Below are positions 12,901-26,619 of a stretch of DNA of 64,000 bases, piece after piece. Positions within the stretch are counted from its first letter, which is position 1. Every line of letters starts with the position of its first letter. Origin of the DNA: Octopus sinensis (taxonomy: Eukaryota); contig NC_042998.1 in the NCBI RefSeq assembly GCF_006345805.1, positions 75,392,001 through 75,456,000 on the forward strand, in the 5' to 3' direction. The notes under the pieces are model-generated. The model had not been told where the DNA came from and ran no database searches. It was given only the letters and a program-made list of their open reading frames with translations. A program made the position numbers and the translations under genes.

Positions 12901-15619
12901 TGAGTTACAGTGAACTTGCAAAATATATATATACGCATGGCCATATTATTTTGCGTAAAAGAGATAATCCAATACTTGCACAAAACAATAACTACAACAG
13001 CATTTATGTGACTTATAGAGTCGTCATAAAGTGTTCAAATTCTGTTAAACATATTTCAGAGTTTCTCCATTTATGGATAACTAAAACTTACTTCTATATG
13101 AACGTTAGACTGTCTATAATTAAAAATAGTTCGTACCCTCTAAGTTATTATCCACTTAACTGAAGAGATTATATGGCAAATTCTTTAATTTTACAGCATA
13201 TACACTCCTAGTTGTATCGACTAAGTTCATATAAAATTCAACCTTCAGCTCAGTTGTCCCATCAAAATATTTTTCCTTCGATTTCTGAAATCCTTTTGTC
13301 ATGTTACGAATCATTGGTATACACGGCTACATTGGTATCTAGTTTAATCTCGTGCAAGTGGTGCCATACACAACTGAGTCTGGTGACGATGGAAAATGAT
13401 TTTTTTTTCACTGATTAAATTGTATTACGCTGTTGTTCAGATAAAAGTTAGTAAAATCAAACTATATATCACTTCATCTTATCTGTCATACACACACATT
13501 CTCTTTCTCTTTCTCTCTCTCCCCTCTTTCTTTCCTCTCTCTCCTCCTCTCCCTTTCCTCTCTTTTCTCTCTCTCTCCATCTCTCTCTTTTCTCTCTCTT
13601 ATATTGCTTCACGCTTGTATGAGACAACTGCTTGCGGAAGCTGATTGTGTACAGTCGACCTCGATGACCAGTGGTCACAGCAGTAAAGAAAAAAAACACA
13701 AATTCTTCAGGAAGAACAACTCAACCTTCAGTGAATAGCTTTAATCTTTTAAGAATTGAAGATCAATATAAAGTTTTAATCTTTCACCTAAATCATTCTC
13801 TTTGGTCTTTATTGTATTATTACTGAACATTTTTTCTATTACAAAACTCATATAAACTTTCATAAAACAAGGAAAACATTTTTATAAGTTTCATAACACG
13901 ATAGATCAAAAGATTTGCTCCTTCCAATAACACAAATGTTCAATCAATCGAAGAGAATAATGAAAAAACATTAAACATCTTATATATTCTTAAATGTTTT
14001 AAATTTCAATTTGAACTATAAACCTAAACAAAGATATATACAATGGAAAAACATTTCGAAACAATAGTATGTATATAGTAGGAAAAATCCATATCTGATC
14101 AATAGTAACCTTAAGTTCAACTCTACCCTTATTGAAAGTATACAAAAAGAGTATAAAATATAAAATTCATTAAAACGAAAGACAAAGAAATAGAGAAAGG
14201 GCGTGAAAAGAGAGACATTGCTTCCACTATCTCCTGCTATAACATACTATATTTGAATGTATATGCAAAACATCGATCTTGTTGTAACTCAAAACTTGGT
14301 TGCATAGAACAGCACGGTTCTAGATAAATATTTAATTGCAACAGCATTAACAAATCTATCAGTTTTTCAGAAAACATTAAAGCTTTAATAACATTAAAGG
14401 CAATCTATAACATTTAATATATAAACGATGAACGATATCAGTAAATTTCTCTTTATTGTCATCCTTTATTAGAAATTTTAGGATATAAATCAGCTCAAAT
14501 ATTTGAAACTTCAATTTTTTTTTGCCTTTATAAAGCTAAAAATGTTTGAATTATTATAATTCATTCATACATACTTAAATGCTGAAAAACGTAGCATCGT
14601 TAGTGGAATCCAACGTTTCGTACTAAAGAGTGAAGCTTTAAGGAAACAAGAGGAATATCTAAAATAGAGAAACAGGTTTGCAAGACTATACGTCTCTTTA
14701 GGTTCATCAACAAAGCATGCAGTTAAATATTGCGTCTTCCCTTGGCTGCTTAGCAGCTATGTTTCGATGTGAGTGAAAACTCTGGGAAAAAGAATTTTAC
14801 TTCATAAATATCTACCTTGGGTTCACATTCATATCTCAAGAATATCATTTAGGTTTACATAAGCATAGGCATATTTTTTTTTACTGTTACAGTAATTTTA
14901 AACGCATATAAATGTGACAATTTCATAAAATCTTAGAAATAATATAACCGATTAGTATATTTCAATAAATCAGCTCAATGCTTCATTAAAGTTTTATTAA
15001 TCATATTTCTTTACAATAATACTCGCAGAGTGATATTAACACAATTACTGATACACGATCTCAAAATAATTCTCTGTATTTTCAATTTCATAGGAAATCT
15101 ATCTCGGTTATGTCTTTAGCTGATATATTTTGCTTACATTTTAAATCTTAAAATATTACAGAATCAACTCATGAGACTTATGATGGTTGAAATGTAAATA
15201 TATTGTCACAAATATTGATAAGTATATTTATATTCATTGTATCACATACATAAAATACTCTGATAAATTTCAAGGAGACATTACATTTATGCAAGTCAGT
15301 ATTAAATTTTAGTTGATTGCTATGATTTATTCTCTAAATTCATTATGGGTATATTTAAAATCATATAAACTATTCAAAGCTAAATGTCTATCTTACTATT
15401 CTTAAGAAATGGTGCGAGCTGAGGTGGATCAAGTGATATGAAATTCAAAGATTTGACTCAACAGAAAATTTTAACTTGAAATTAACTTCTACATCAATAA
15501 TTCCTTTTAATGATTGATCAGTTTATCATTATTAACACACTCAAGTATATATTGCGTGCATAAATTTAATCTTCTTAAGATCTAGATAAGTTATGTGTTA
15601 TCAATCTCACACCCGCATT

Positions 15620-15825
15620 AGGCGGCGAGCTGGCAGAATCGTTTTCGCGTTGCGCAAAATACTTAGCGGGTCTTCGCCCATCTCTACGCTCGGAGTCCAT
15701 ATTCCGTCAAGGTCAACTTTGCCTTTCCTCCTTTCGGAGTCGATGAAATAAATACCAGTTGAGCACTGAGAGCGATGCAATCAACTCATCCCTCACCCGA
15801 ACTTGTGCCAAAATTTTAATCCAAT
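15620..15825 (+). mobile_element. SINE family A (diverged)
   Basis: ggcggcgagctggcagaatcg...tttgcctttcctcctttcggagtcgatgaaataaataccag. Confidence 0.8.
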
Positions 15826-18264
15826 ATCACCGCAGCACTGTTGAACAGAATTTGAACTTGGTGATGCCATGTGGATGACAACAATATCTTGTATATTGTT
15901 CTCCATTAACGTAACTATACGTAAGCCTTAAAGGGTAGGAAGAAAAATTGTTCTTTTAGCAAAATGTAAATATTTATCCATAGGTTAACTATGCGTGATT
16001 GTTCCGATAAAGAAAAACAGCATAATGCGAATGAGGCAAACCGTTCGAAATATGGTGATTAACTAAAGAATCACATCATTAAAATTTCTTGGCTTACTAC
16101 ATTAAATGTTATTGCTCACTTTATTAATTGTTTCGTTTCAGAGAATAGAGATAATGCATGCAAAGTGCTGTGTTAGACTCATTTAATTTTGCATTGATAA
16201 CATTTATTTAATATGTTAGTAGACCTTCATGTTTGCTCTGACCGATCAACTGTGAGCTCATATATATACGGTGTCATCCAGGAAACATCAAATGGAAATG
16301 GCACTTTCTAGATTGTATTCCAGTTTAATTAAACAATAACTATCAGAGAAGATATGTCTGAACAATACTAAACGTTTATTGTTATAAGATGAAGAATGAA
16401 AGCAGTGAGGTTTGTTTTTACATTCTGCCAACCAGAGATCAGCGGTAAGTTTAGAGTGTGACAATGTTTTATGGTACTTAGTGACATTTCTTTGTTTTCT
16501 AGGTTTCAATTCTCCTGAGGCCAATTTTGCCTTCACTCTTTCTAGGGTCAATAAAGTATCAGCTAAGTACTGAATTCAGTTTGATCCTCTAACCCCTAAC
16601 AACTGAATAATGTGTCGACTGTCCATCGCTTTTCATTAGAAAATTGGTAATTTATTAAATTGACAGTGTATGAGAGAGTGTTTATTTGTCACGTTTTATG
16701 AAGTTAGAAGCCATAGGTTTGTGAAATTTATAGAAACCATACGAGAGAACGAAGAAAAATACTGGAGAGGAACGATATGAATAGTTGAGCGTAGAAATAT
16801 AAATGCCGTTAGCTTCCAGCAAAATCTACGATAATTGTTGTCAAAATGAGATTTTACCGATCAAACAACAATAAAAAAAAACATAAACATACAAGATAAG
16901 GCTAATATTCTGGTCACTAATAACTTGTTTAATAATTTCTCACTTTAGAAATACTAAAATGTAAGGTCATTAGTTTGTTAATAATAGTGAAGTTGCAAAA
17001 CTTTTCATTTTAAATATGTTATGTTGTAAATCTTGATGGTGTGTTTTGTTATCAAGTCATTGTGATTTTAATACTGCTGATTTTTTTATTGCAGAATTCT
17101 TTACAATTAACTCATCAAAAAAAAAAAAAGATTTATGGACAAAAGTCAGTAGTTCATTAATCAATTTTTTTCAAAAATAAAAGTATGAGTATAAAGTGTC
17201 TCTTGTTAAATTTTGACTATTTGTTTTAATTTTATAGTATTTTTTTCAATTTTAGTTAAATATTTATTAAATATTTTCTGTCATGACCTTTCAGTTGATA
17301 GATGTCACCAAAAAGCTATCGTTCAACTATATAATTTAGCTGTAATCTATGGGTCGTAACTGAATGTAATCTGTAGAGTGAAAAATGAAGATATTTGTTT
17401 GACTTAATATAGTATTTAAAGATAGGAAGGTGACAATTTTTTTTAATTACACATTTAACAGCTATAGAATACGCGTGACATTATCCATAGTACTGTTCAG
17501 CGTTTCGGAAATCCTGGTATAGCAGCAGTCCTTGCGATATTTAGTTAAAATTTACCGACACTCTACGTTCAATTCCTGTGGTATATGACTTTCCCTTCCA
17601 TCTTTTTGAAGTCTATTAAGTATCTATAGAGTATTGGACTCTAGTTAATTAAGTTTTTCATCTATAGTCACTTAGGCATAACAAGGAATTTTCTCACTAA
17701 AATAAAGGGTCTAACTCCGGAAAACAGTTAGATTACAGATCCAATACGTAGTTAGTACAAACTAGCAATTTAAGAGATAAAGAACACTTTAGTCTTGCAG
17801 ATATTGATGAATCTGACGGCTATTGCTAAAAATACTTATGACTGATCGTAGGAGAGATAGTAGAAAAACAATATCCTAAAAAAAGTAAAATCTACATTGG
17901 CTATGGCTGTACTAAATCAATGGTGGTACAGGCGTTTGGATTATCAATATACCGCCAGAATCGGAATACAAACTTAGTAACAGCTCTGCAACAACTATAC
18001 AGATATGGTTAAAAAATGAAATTCGAGAGAGATATTAACTAGGGTCCGCAAAGAAGCAATGCTATAAAGAAGACCTATGATATAAGAAAGACTATTCAAG
18101 TAATAAACAAAACATATTTTCAAGATTTTGTGAAAATTACATTATGTCTTGTGTCCTTCTCTTTTTTAAAGATGCTTGGATGTCTTGCGATTTCGAGCTG
18201 CTGAAGTGTTCGTGTACTGGCTAGGAAAAGAACTGCTATGAATATTTAGAATGGCATTTAATAT

Positions 18265-18700
18265 TGGTTTCAATTTTTGGCACAAGATCAGCAAGTTTTG
18301 GGGAGGAATAAGTCGATTACATCCACCCCCAGTATACTACTAGTACTTATTTTATTGATCCCGAAATGATAAAAGACCAAGCTGACATCGGCGGAATTTG
18401 AACTCAGAATGTAAAGACCGACTAAATGCCGCGACGCATTTTGCCCGATGTGCTAACGATTCTGCCATTTCGCTGTCTTCAATGATAATTTCAAATTTTT
18501 GCACGAGGCCAGTAATTTTGAGGGAAGGGATTATAAGTCGATTACATCGACCCCAGTATGCAACTGGTATTTATTTCATCGATTCCCAAGAATGAAAAGC
18601 AAAATCGACCTCGGGAAATTTTGAACTTAGAATATAATTACGGACAAAATAACGCTAAGCATTTTGCCCGGCTTGCTAACGATTCAGCTAACTCACTGTC
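18265..18700 (-). mobile_element. Two tandem SINE family A copies
   Basis: Two successive reverse-complement units, each ending in ...gctaacgattc(t/a)gc. Confidence 0.75.
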
Positions 18701-19046
18701 TAAATGGCACCCAATATTGGTATTCCATATATTTTCCTATAACTGAGATATATTTCGTTAAATATATTAGCTAAACTTGCTGTAGTTTAGAAACAATGAA
18801 GTTTTGATTACCCAATGCATCATACAGATTATTTATGGTAATAAAAACCAATTCGACACTCGTAAGAGATTTTGAATGTAAGCAAATTTACGACAGAATT
18901 CAAAGGGAATTGAACGATTAGGAAAATATTAATTCAAGGAATCAACAGGAATCACCCAGTTTTAAACGTGACACTGGAAATTTTACAATTTGATATCCTG
19001 AAATTTGTGTATTTATTTCTCCTCGCATAATCATACACACAAACAC

Positions 19047-19430
19047 CGGCTGTGTGGTAAGAAGCTTACGAAGGCGGCGAGGTGGCAGAAACGTTAACTT
19101 GCCGGGCGAAGTGCTAACGGTATTTCGTCTGCCGTTAAATTTTAAGTTCAAATTCCACCGAGATCGACTTTGCCTTTCATCCTTTCGGGGTCGATAAATT
19201 AAGTACCAGTTACATACAACTGGGGTCGATGTAATCGACTTAATCCGTTTGTCTGTCCTTGTTTGTTCCCTCAATGTTTAGCCCCTTGTGGGCAATAAAG
19301 AATTAAGAAGCTTGCTTTCCAATCACATGGTCCCAGGTTCAGTCCCACAGCGTAGCACCAAATGTTTCTGCTACCATAGCCTCAGGGCGACCAAAACCCT
19401 GTGAATGGAAACCGAAAGATGTCTGCTGTG
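19047..19430 (+). mobile_element. SINE A (19072-19305) nested inside SINE B
   Basis: The SINE B head ggctgtgtggtaagaagctt is interrupted by a full SINE A and resumes at aagaagcttgctttccaatcacatgg. aagaagctt is duplicated on both sides. Confidence 0.8.
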
Positions 19431-20980
19431 TGTGTGTGTGTGTGTGTATGTGTGTGTGTTTGCGTGTATTACCAAGAACACTGTCATAGTATCTTACATA
19501 TTAATGGTGCATGACAAATTTTAAAAATTAGAACTCCCAAACCTTCGATTCTACACTGTTAACTGCAATGTTCTATGCCAGAGAAGTCCAAGGATCTGCG
19601 TTAATAATCTCATTGATATAGAATATGTCTTTCAATGCAATCGTTTGACTATATCATCTCTCCTAGTTTGTTTGTATAGAATTAATTACATTGAGTATAT
19701 ACTATACATAGTTTGTACAGTTGTATAAAGCCATGTTTCCCACTATATTTTTTTATTATAAAACTAAATGCTGGGTTGCAATATATCATTGTGTAAGTTT
19801 CATTATATAATGTTGTCATATACATCGACTAGGTATTGGAAGTTAGTGTAAAAAATATTAGTTATTTACACGAAGAAATCAATGTCCACAACATTCACAG
19901 TGAATTGAAATGCTTCATGATGAAGATCTTCACCATATTCATTAAATGATATGCCATACCTGTTCTCTTTAACTTTATATTTTCATGACTATAATCTTAC
20001 TATATATTGATATTCTAATAAAACGCTGGCCAGTATGTTTCAATATGTTGTTGAATATTATCACTTTAGTCAGCCTAAAGGAAAGTATTTACTCCAACTA
20101 ATCAATATTAACATATAATGAATTTTACCATTTATAGCGATTTATTCTAGGCTTGTAATATCTATTGACATGACAGCCATTCAATAACAATTCATTATAC
20201 CTGTCCCATATTCCCGCAGACATGTTGTTTGTTGTCTGAGGATTATTCAGATCTATTAATTTCGAAACTTAATAATCTTTCAGTTAAAATGGCCCACCTT
20301 TCTCTCAGCCTTTCATTACAAGTTTGTAGTGGGCCTTAACGGCAATCATTCTGACCTGTACAGTCAAATATGGTTGTTCCTGGTTTCAATTATCTCCCCC
20401 ATAATATTCATCCGTTTATACATTAAAGTCACGCATACTGTCATATTATCAATATCCACTCCCATACAGATGAAACCACTCTTATCTACTCCTCAATTCA
20501 TACGAATACAACGCCCATGTCATGCTAAAGATTCTCTTTAGTATAATCATGGCAATGCGGTCTCAATCCACTCGAAAACTATACGATCATTATTAATATC
20601 AAGGAAATGATATAAACTCTATTTCCTCTAGTTTTGCACAACAGCCCTTTAAATCATGCAAATTTTCTAGGAATGCTACAACTCAGAATTTCTGAATAAC
20701 TTTTGTAACTACCATGCATAAATAGTTGAAACTTCATCTCAAGCAGTAGCCTTTTCTGGTTCGTACAGTCAATATCTAAGTTTTGCTGAATTGATAACTT
20801 CCTACAAATCACGCAAGAGTGTTCTGTTTGCCCAATCTGGTACTTACGTTATGTACAAAAAGGATCCTTGAAAAACGAAAGCCATCCGCCTTATTAACAA
20901 ATATGCTATCTCATTGTATCTTTCGTTCTCTGTCTGTATGTCACTCTGTCTCTGTGTCTCTCTGTCTCTCTTAGCTAGTA

Positions 20981-21238
20981 TGTTGCGAGTGAAAGAATCT
21001 GTTTAATCGAGAATGTAAAAAAGGAGAAAGCAAAGTCTTCAGTGTGAGTATGTGGTTTGTGGGGTCAACCGCGTCCTCCGCTTCATTTTTTGTTAATCAC
21101 TCATTCTCATTTAATTGTATATATTATAATTGTTTGTTTATTCATACGTTTCGTCTCATTCGATACCCTGACCCCAACGTTTGTTTTGTCTGTCCCCGTA
21201 TTGTCCCCTCTTTTTCTCAACCTTATGTTGAATAAAGA

Positions 21239-21316
<78 letters not shown>

Positions 21317-21345
21317 CTCTATCTCTTTTATACATCACTACAACA
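20981..21345 (+). mobile_element. Probable solo LTR
   Basis: Begins TGTTG, ends CAACA, internal AATAAA at about 21231. No clear TSD. Confidence 0.45.
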
Positions 21346-21929
21346 AAAGTCGCTACTCCTCAGAAATCACTAGCTTCGTACTAGTTACACCAACTGTTTA
21401 TTTCAATGTATTAAATAGAACTCTTGCTATGAATACATTTTCATGATTATCTATCCCTCTGTTAATATGCTTTAAGCAAATTCATATTTTCATTATAGTT
21501 ATGAACTATGTACTTCTGTTATTGATATTACAATCTATTTCTCTATGTTTAATTCAAAAACATATTTGGAATATATTTCTTAGATTTAAGTAATTTGTCT
21601 GCTACAGAGAGAAAAGTCGTTAAACTTTTACCGGCATTGCAATTCCGTTCGTATAAATCTCGATTGATTTTTGTTTGTTTCTCTTTGTCGATCTGTATAC
21701 CACTAGGAATACCTTTCTTACGATTCTCACTTTTTATCATTCGTTAATAATAAGTCACGATTTTCATTTTAAATCTGTAGCTGCTAGAAAGAAAACGAGT
21801 TATATTTATTTCAATATGTACAAACAATTTCAATTTTATTTTTGTTTTTCCTCAGTCACTGTGTGTGCGTTTATTTACATATAAATGTTATATTCTTAGT
21901 GACCTTCTCAGATACGCAATCAGCAGTCG

Positions 21930-22645
21930 ACACAAAAGCCTCTCAGACGATACTGAACCGTGGAGATGTTTGCCAGCTGCAGCAAGAGTTGGACGGATTA
22001 CACAAGTGGGATGAGGACAATGACACGCAGTTTAATGCTGTAAAATTCCAAGGCCTGCGCAAGAAACAAAAGAAGCTGAGTGAAACGTAGACACGATACA
22101 CTGGCCCAAGAGGGATTATAATCCTTGAATCAAAATCAGAGCGTAAGCAGGGTATCAACATGAATAATGGGGCATCTTTCCAGGTGCATATTACTAAGTT
22201 GGCAAGCAAACGACTGCCCAGGCAGATCGTTAAAGTTTTTAAGGACCTGTGCCTTCAGGCGTTTAGACTAATCCTCTTAACTATGGTCACCACGCTATGT
22301 TAAATTACCGGCACAACTCCAAGCTGTCCAGCGAAACTGCACAAAGCCGATCGTCTCAATGCGACATGTCAGCTACTGAGAAATGTTGAACAACTTAAAA
22401 TTTTACACCCTAGGAAGAAGACGAGAAAGATATGCAGTCGTATACGTCTGAAAATCCCTGATAGGACTTATAACAAACTTTGGCATTAAAAGTTACATAA
22501 AAAGCAGAACTGGGCGTCACTGCATAGCGGCAAATTTTCAACATCGCCATCAAGATATAGGAACAGAAACTACAGCAGCTTCGGCTTCAAGAGCTCACAG
22601 TTCTTCAATATCCTCTCAAAAAGCCTGAGATTCCTACAATGGACA
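21930..22645 (+). mobile_element. CR1-like LINE 3' fragment (decayed)
   Basis: LQQELDGLHKWDEDNDTQFNAVKFQ...; ttttacaccctaggaagaagacgagaaagatatgca (approx. FYTLGRRRERYA). Many stops. Confidence 0.75.
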
Positions 22646-22649
22646 CTAA

Positions 22650-22700
<51 letters not shown>

Positions 22701-22763
22701 GCTGAAGTAAAGAATGAGTATATAGTACGTGTGGTTAATTGGCAAAAAAAATGACGATCCCCA

Positions 22764-22801
<38 letters not shown>

Positions 22802-22895
22802 AAAAATACAAGGTTATGAAAGATTTTAGAACATTTATAAATATCTATTTCATATCTTATCTACAATAACTATTGCCTAACCATTTTCTCACAGC

Positions 22896-22943
22896 GTCTC
22901 CGATGAAGGGATATATAAAATATCCCGGAAACTGATGTAAGAC
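22896..22943 (+). ncRNA. Type I hammerhead ribozyme-like motif (variant core)
   Basis: gtct-CCGATGA-a-gggatat(ataaa)atatccc-g-GAAAC-tgat-GTA-agac. Stems I and II pair perfectly. The core has C in place of U4. Confidence 0.6.
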
Positions 22944-23039
22944 CTATTTATAAATATTCTAAAATCTTTCACAACCTTGGATTTTTATCTCATTCTGAAT
23001 TTGTTTTATATATACACATGCTGATAAATGACCTACGTT

Positions 23040-23746
23040 GGACTCCTCATTCGCATAATCGTCCGGAATATCACCCGCAGAATTGATGTTTGCTAGAAAG
23101 ATCAGACCCGTCTTTGATAAGCTGATACCGAGTGAAAATATAAAAAAGGCGAACAAAAATACTTCAAAAGTTAGATGACAAAGTTTTTTTCTTAAACGTA
23201 TAGATATGAGAAAGAAAGCTAGAAGAGCAGTGTTATCAGTAAACAAATTGGAAAAAATGTTATTCCTAGTAAAAGGAGAAAATGTTGAACATAAAACACA
23301 TATCAATTAATTTAAGAAAAGATTCACAGAAAACACGGCCACGAGAAATGAAATCCCCATTAAAGTATTGTACGACACGTTTGACGTACCAACACCCAAA
23401 CAGCTTGACACTACACGTTCTAGCACCAGAGAACGGAAAAGAACGGAAACACGTAAGAGATAGTAAAACTCTGAGCGGGGTTCAATGCTCAAAAGGGGAG
23501 AAGTGAGGGGGAACTCATTTTAAAATAGGGAGATGCTGTAGAAGTATTCCGACCACTCCCCGAGTGACTAAAATTGAACTGACTCATTGTTATAAATTAA
23601 AGAATTGTGAGCGATTGGCAGTTCAGGTAGGTAAGCGGTTCACTGTGAGCCGTGATTGAGAGCGTTGAGTCTCGTGTAATAGTAATCGTATAACGTCGTG
23701 TAAGTACCTTCTTTCTCCCCCGTTTCATTATATTATATATCCAACA
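23040..23746 (+). mobile_element. Gypsy LTR retrotransposon 3' remnant (integrase C-terminus, PPT, 3' LTR 23534-23746)
   Basis: TPHS...SGISPAELMFARKIRPVFDKLIP is an integrase C-terminal motif. A purine tract aaaatagggaga precedes TGCTG...CCAACA. Confidence 0.75.
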
Positions 23747-23858
23747 CACAAACATATAAAATATAGTTTAGCTGTTTTTAGTCTTACATCGCATTTCTAA
23801 TACACACTGGGTTGAGCACACTCACATACATATAACACGCGCGCGTATATATATATAT

Positions 23859-24193
23859 TATATTAAATTAGAGACAAAACCACTATTATGCAAATCAAAC
23901 AAAGAAAGACTTAAGCCAATACATAAATTAATTTATATAATTTAGAAATGTAACAATCATTAATATCCACTACGATCGTTTCATATCTTCTTTCATCAAA
24001 TCTTTGTGTAGTAGACATTCAACCACCTGATGAATGTCTACTACACAAAGATTTGATGAAAGAAGATATGAAACGATCGTAGTGGATATTAATAATTGTT
24101 ACATTTCTAAATTATATAAATTAATTTATGTATTGGCTTAAGTCTTTCTTTGTTTGATTTGCATAATAGTGGTTTTGTCTCTAATTTAATATA
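23859..24193. repeat. Near-perfect inverted repeat (about 163-bp arms, 9-nt loop)
   Basis: 23859-24021 is the reverse complement of 24031-24193, with one substitution and one 1-nt indel seen. Loop accacctga. Confidence 0.95.
24023..24085 (+). ncRNA. Type I hammerhead ribozyme (Penelope-type, palindromic stem III)
   Basis: ccac-CTGATGA-atgtct(24 nt)agatat-GAAA-cgatcg-TA-gtgg. Canonical core, stems I and II paired, GUA cleavage triplet ending at 24081. Confidence 0.8.
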
Positions 24194-24296
24194 ATATAAT
24201 ATTTTACTATAAAATTGGATTCAATCCTAAATCTGATTGTTCCCTGTAAGTTTGGATTTATTTCCTAATATTATTATTATATATATATATATTTAT

Positions 24297-24331
<35 letters not shown>

Positions 24332-24338
24332 ATGTATT

Positions 24339-24394
<56 letters not shown>

Positions 24395-24395
<1 letters not shown>

Positions 24396-24510
24396 GGGAG
24401 AGTTCGCGAGAAACAAAAGACGAAGACAGGTGGTGTACATAACAAACAGATGTATTAGTATAACGCTCAGGAATAGAACGTCTTTTACGTTTCGAGCCTA
24501 CGCTCTTCTA
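24395..24510 (-). mobile_element. Penelope-type solo pLTR fragment (hammerhead truncated)
   Basis: Homologous to 2060-2190. The minus strand has gaagagcgtaggctcgaaacgtaaaaga without CUGA. Confidence 0.7.
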
Positions 24511-24545
24511 CATATATGTATATAAGTATATATATATATATATAT

Positions 24546-24851
24546 CACCGTGATCACCGTGACCGACCAGGCCATCAGATGTTGTTACACATCGCTGGTC
24601 ACAATGCGCTTCGCATTGTTTTAGCTTTCAAATGACGCCACCCCGCTGGCTAAGCGAGCAGGCCAACAGAAGAAAGAGTGAGAGAAAGTTGTGGCGAAAG
24701 AGTACAGCAGGGATCGCCACCACCCCCTGCCGGAGTCTCGTGGAGCTTTAGGTGTTTTCGCTCAATAAACACTCACAACGCCCGGTTGTGATCGAAACCG
24801 CGATCCTACGACTGCGAGTTCGCTGCCCTAACCACTAGGCCATTGCACCTC

Positions 24852-24853
<2 letters not shown>
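24546..24853 (-). mobile_element. tRNA-derived SINE, family C (alternative 3' tail)
   Basis: Head homologous to 11910-12089; tail differs. Confidence 0.85.
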
Positions 24854-24908
<55 letters not shown>

Positions 24909-24968
24909 TATTATATATATAATGTATATATATATATATAATGTATATATATATATATATATATATAT

Positions 24969-25372
24969 AGGCGCAGGAGTGGCTGTGTGGTAAGTAGCTT
25001 GCTAACCAACCACATGGTTCCGGGTTCAGTTCCACTGCGTGGCATCTTGGGCAAATGTCTTCTGCTATAGCCTCGGGCCGACCAATGCCTTGTGATTTGG
25101 TAGACGGAAACTGAAAGAAGCCTGTCGTATATATGTATATATATGTATATGTGTGTGTATATTTGTTTGTGTGTGTGTGTTTGTCTCCCTAGCATTGCTT
25201 GACAACCGATGCTGGTGTGTTTACGTCCTCGTCACTTAGCGGTTCGGCAAAAGAGACCGATAGAATAAGTACTGGGCTTATAAAGAATAAGTCCCGGGGT
25301 TGATTTGCTCGACTAAAGGTGGTGCTCCAGCATGGCCGCAGTCAAATGACTGAAACAAGTAAAAGAGAAAAC
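24969..25372 (+). mobile_element. tRNA-derived SINE, family B (full length)
   Basis: A box tggctgtgtgg, B box ggttcagttcc, CORE-like atcttgggcaaatgtctt, internal TA/TG microsatellite, tail aagtaaaagag. Confidence 0.9.
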
Positions 25373-25389
25373 AGAATATATATATAATG

Positions 25390-25489
<100 letters not shown>

Positions 25490-26231
25490 CATATAAGTAT
25501 AGAAATCCATTATATATATAATGGATTTATATATGTTGCTAGAGAGAAAAAGTTAGAGAGTCAATGAAAAAGATGGAGCGAAAAGCAGATGTTGGATACA
25601 TAGAATACATAGGCAAAATGCTTGAGTAGTAGATATCACTCTAGCTCTCATTTATAGATATATATATATATAGATATAGGAAATACGAAATTTGCATAGT
25701 GTTTTTATGATCAATATGTAAATTGAATTTAATTTTAGTTGTTTGTTGTGGGGAATTATTTGTAAATTAGTTCTTTCTACTCGAAAATTAGTCTTATTAC
25801 TGATTTCAGTATATGTCGTTTTCCGTTATTGGAAACAAAATCTCATTGCTGCGTTATTATTGACTGAACTAATAAGAACTTTACAATAAACACTCTGTTG
25901 TTTTTTTTCAATGGAAAATTTCTTCAGATGTTATTCACAATCATATATGAGCTGAATATAAAACAATAGCGTTGCCCTAAAACAAAATATATATTCTACA
26001 CAATTCCGCTGTACTAAACTGCGTTTTCTGAATTAAGATATATAATGAAATAAATAGTACATTACGAATAGACAAAAATACACTTCTGGTTTGTATCGAT
26101 CGATGCCTCTACACGTATCCTTAGCTCACAATTTACTTTCTCAATTTCCATACTCATCTACTTAATTTATACTTCTTTTATCTCACATACCTTAACACAT
26201 TTCCTTCAAATTAGCTTTCAGCCACTTGTGC

Positions 26232-26340
26232 CTTCTTCTTCTTCTTCTTCTTCTTCTTCTTCTTCTTCTTCTTCTTCTTCTTCTTCTTCTTCTTTTCTTC
26301 TTCTTCTTCTTTTCTTCTTCTTCTTCTTCTTCTTCTTCTT

Positions 26341-26374
<34 letters not shown>

Positions 26375-26575
26375 AACTACCACTACTAGTACTGCTGCTG
26401 CTGCTGCTCATACTACTGCTACTACAGTTGCTGCTGCAACAACAGCTACTACTACTACCACAATCACCAACATCACCACTTCTAGGACTATTACTACCAT
26501 CACCACCACTCCTACTACTACCACCACCACAACCACCACCACCACCACACTACTACTACTACTACTACTATTGTT
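26232..26575. repeat. Compound trinucleotide array (TTC)n-(TAC)n-(TGC)n-(CAC)n
   Basis: Direct reading. Confidence 0.95.
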
Positions 26576-26619
26576 ATTTCTTCCCTTTCTTCCTCTTCTA
26601 CTCAGCATTATTATCATTT

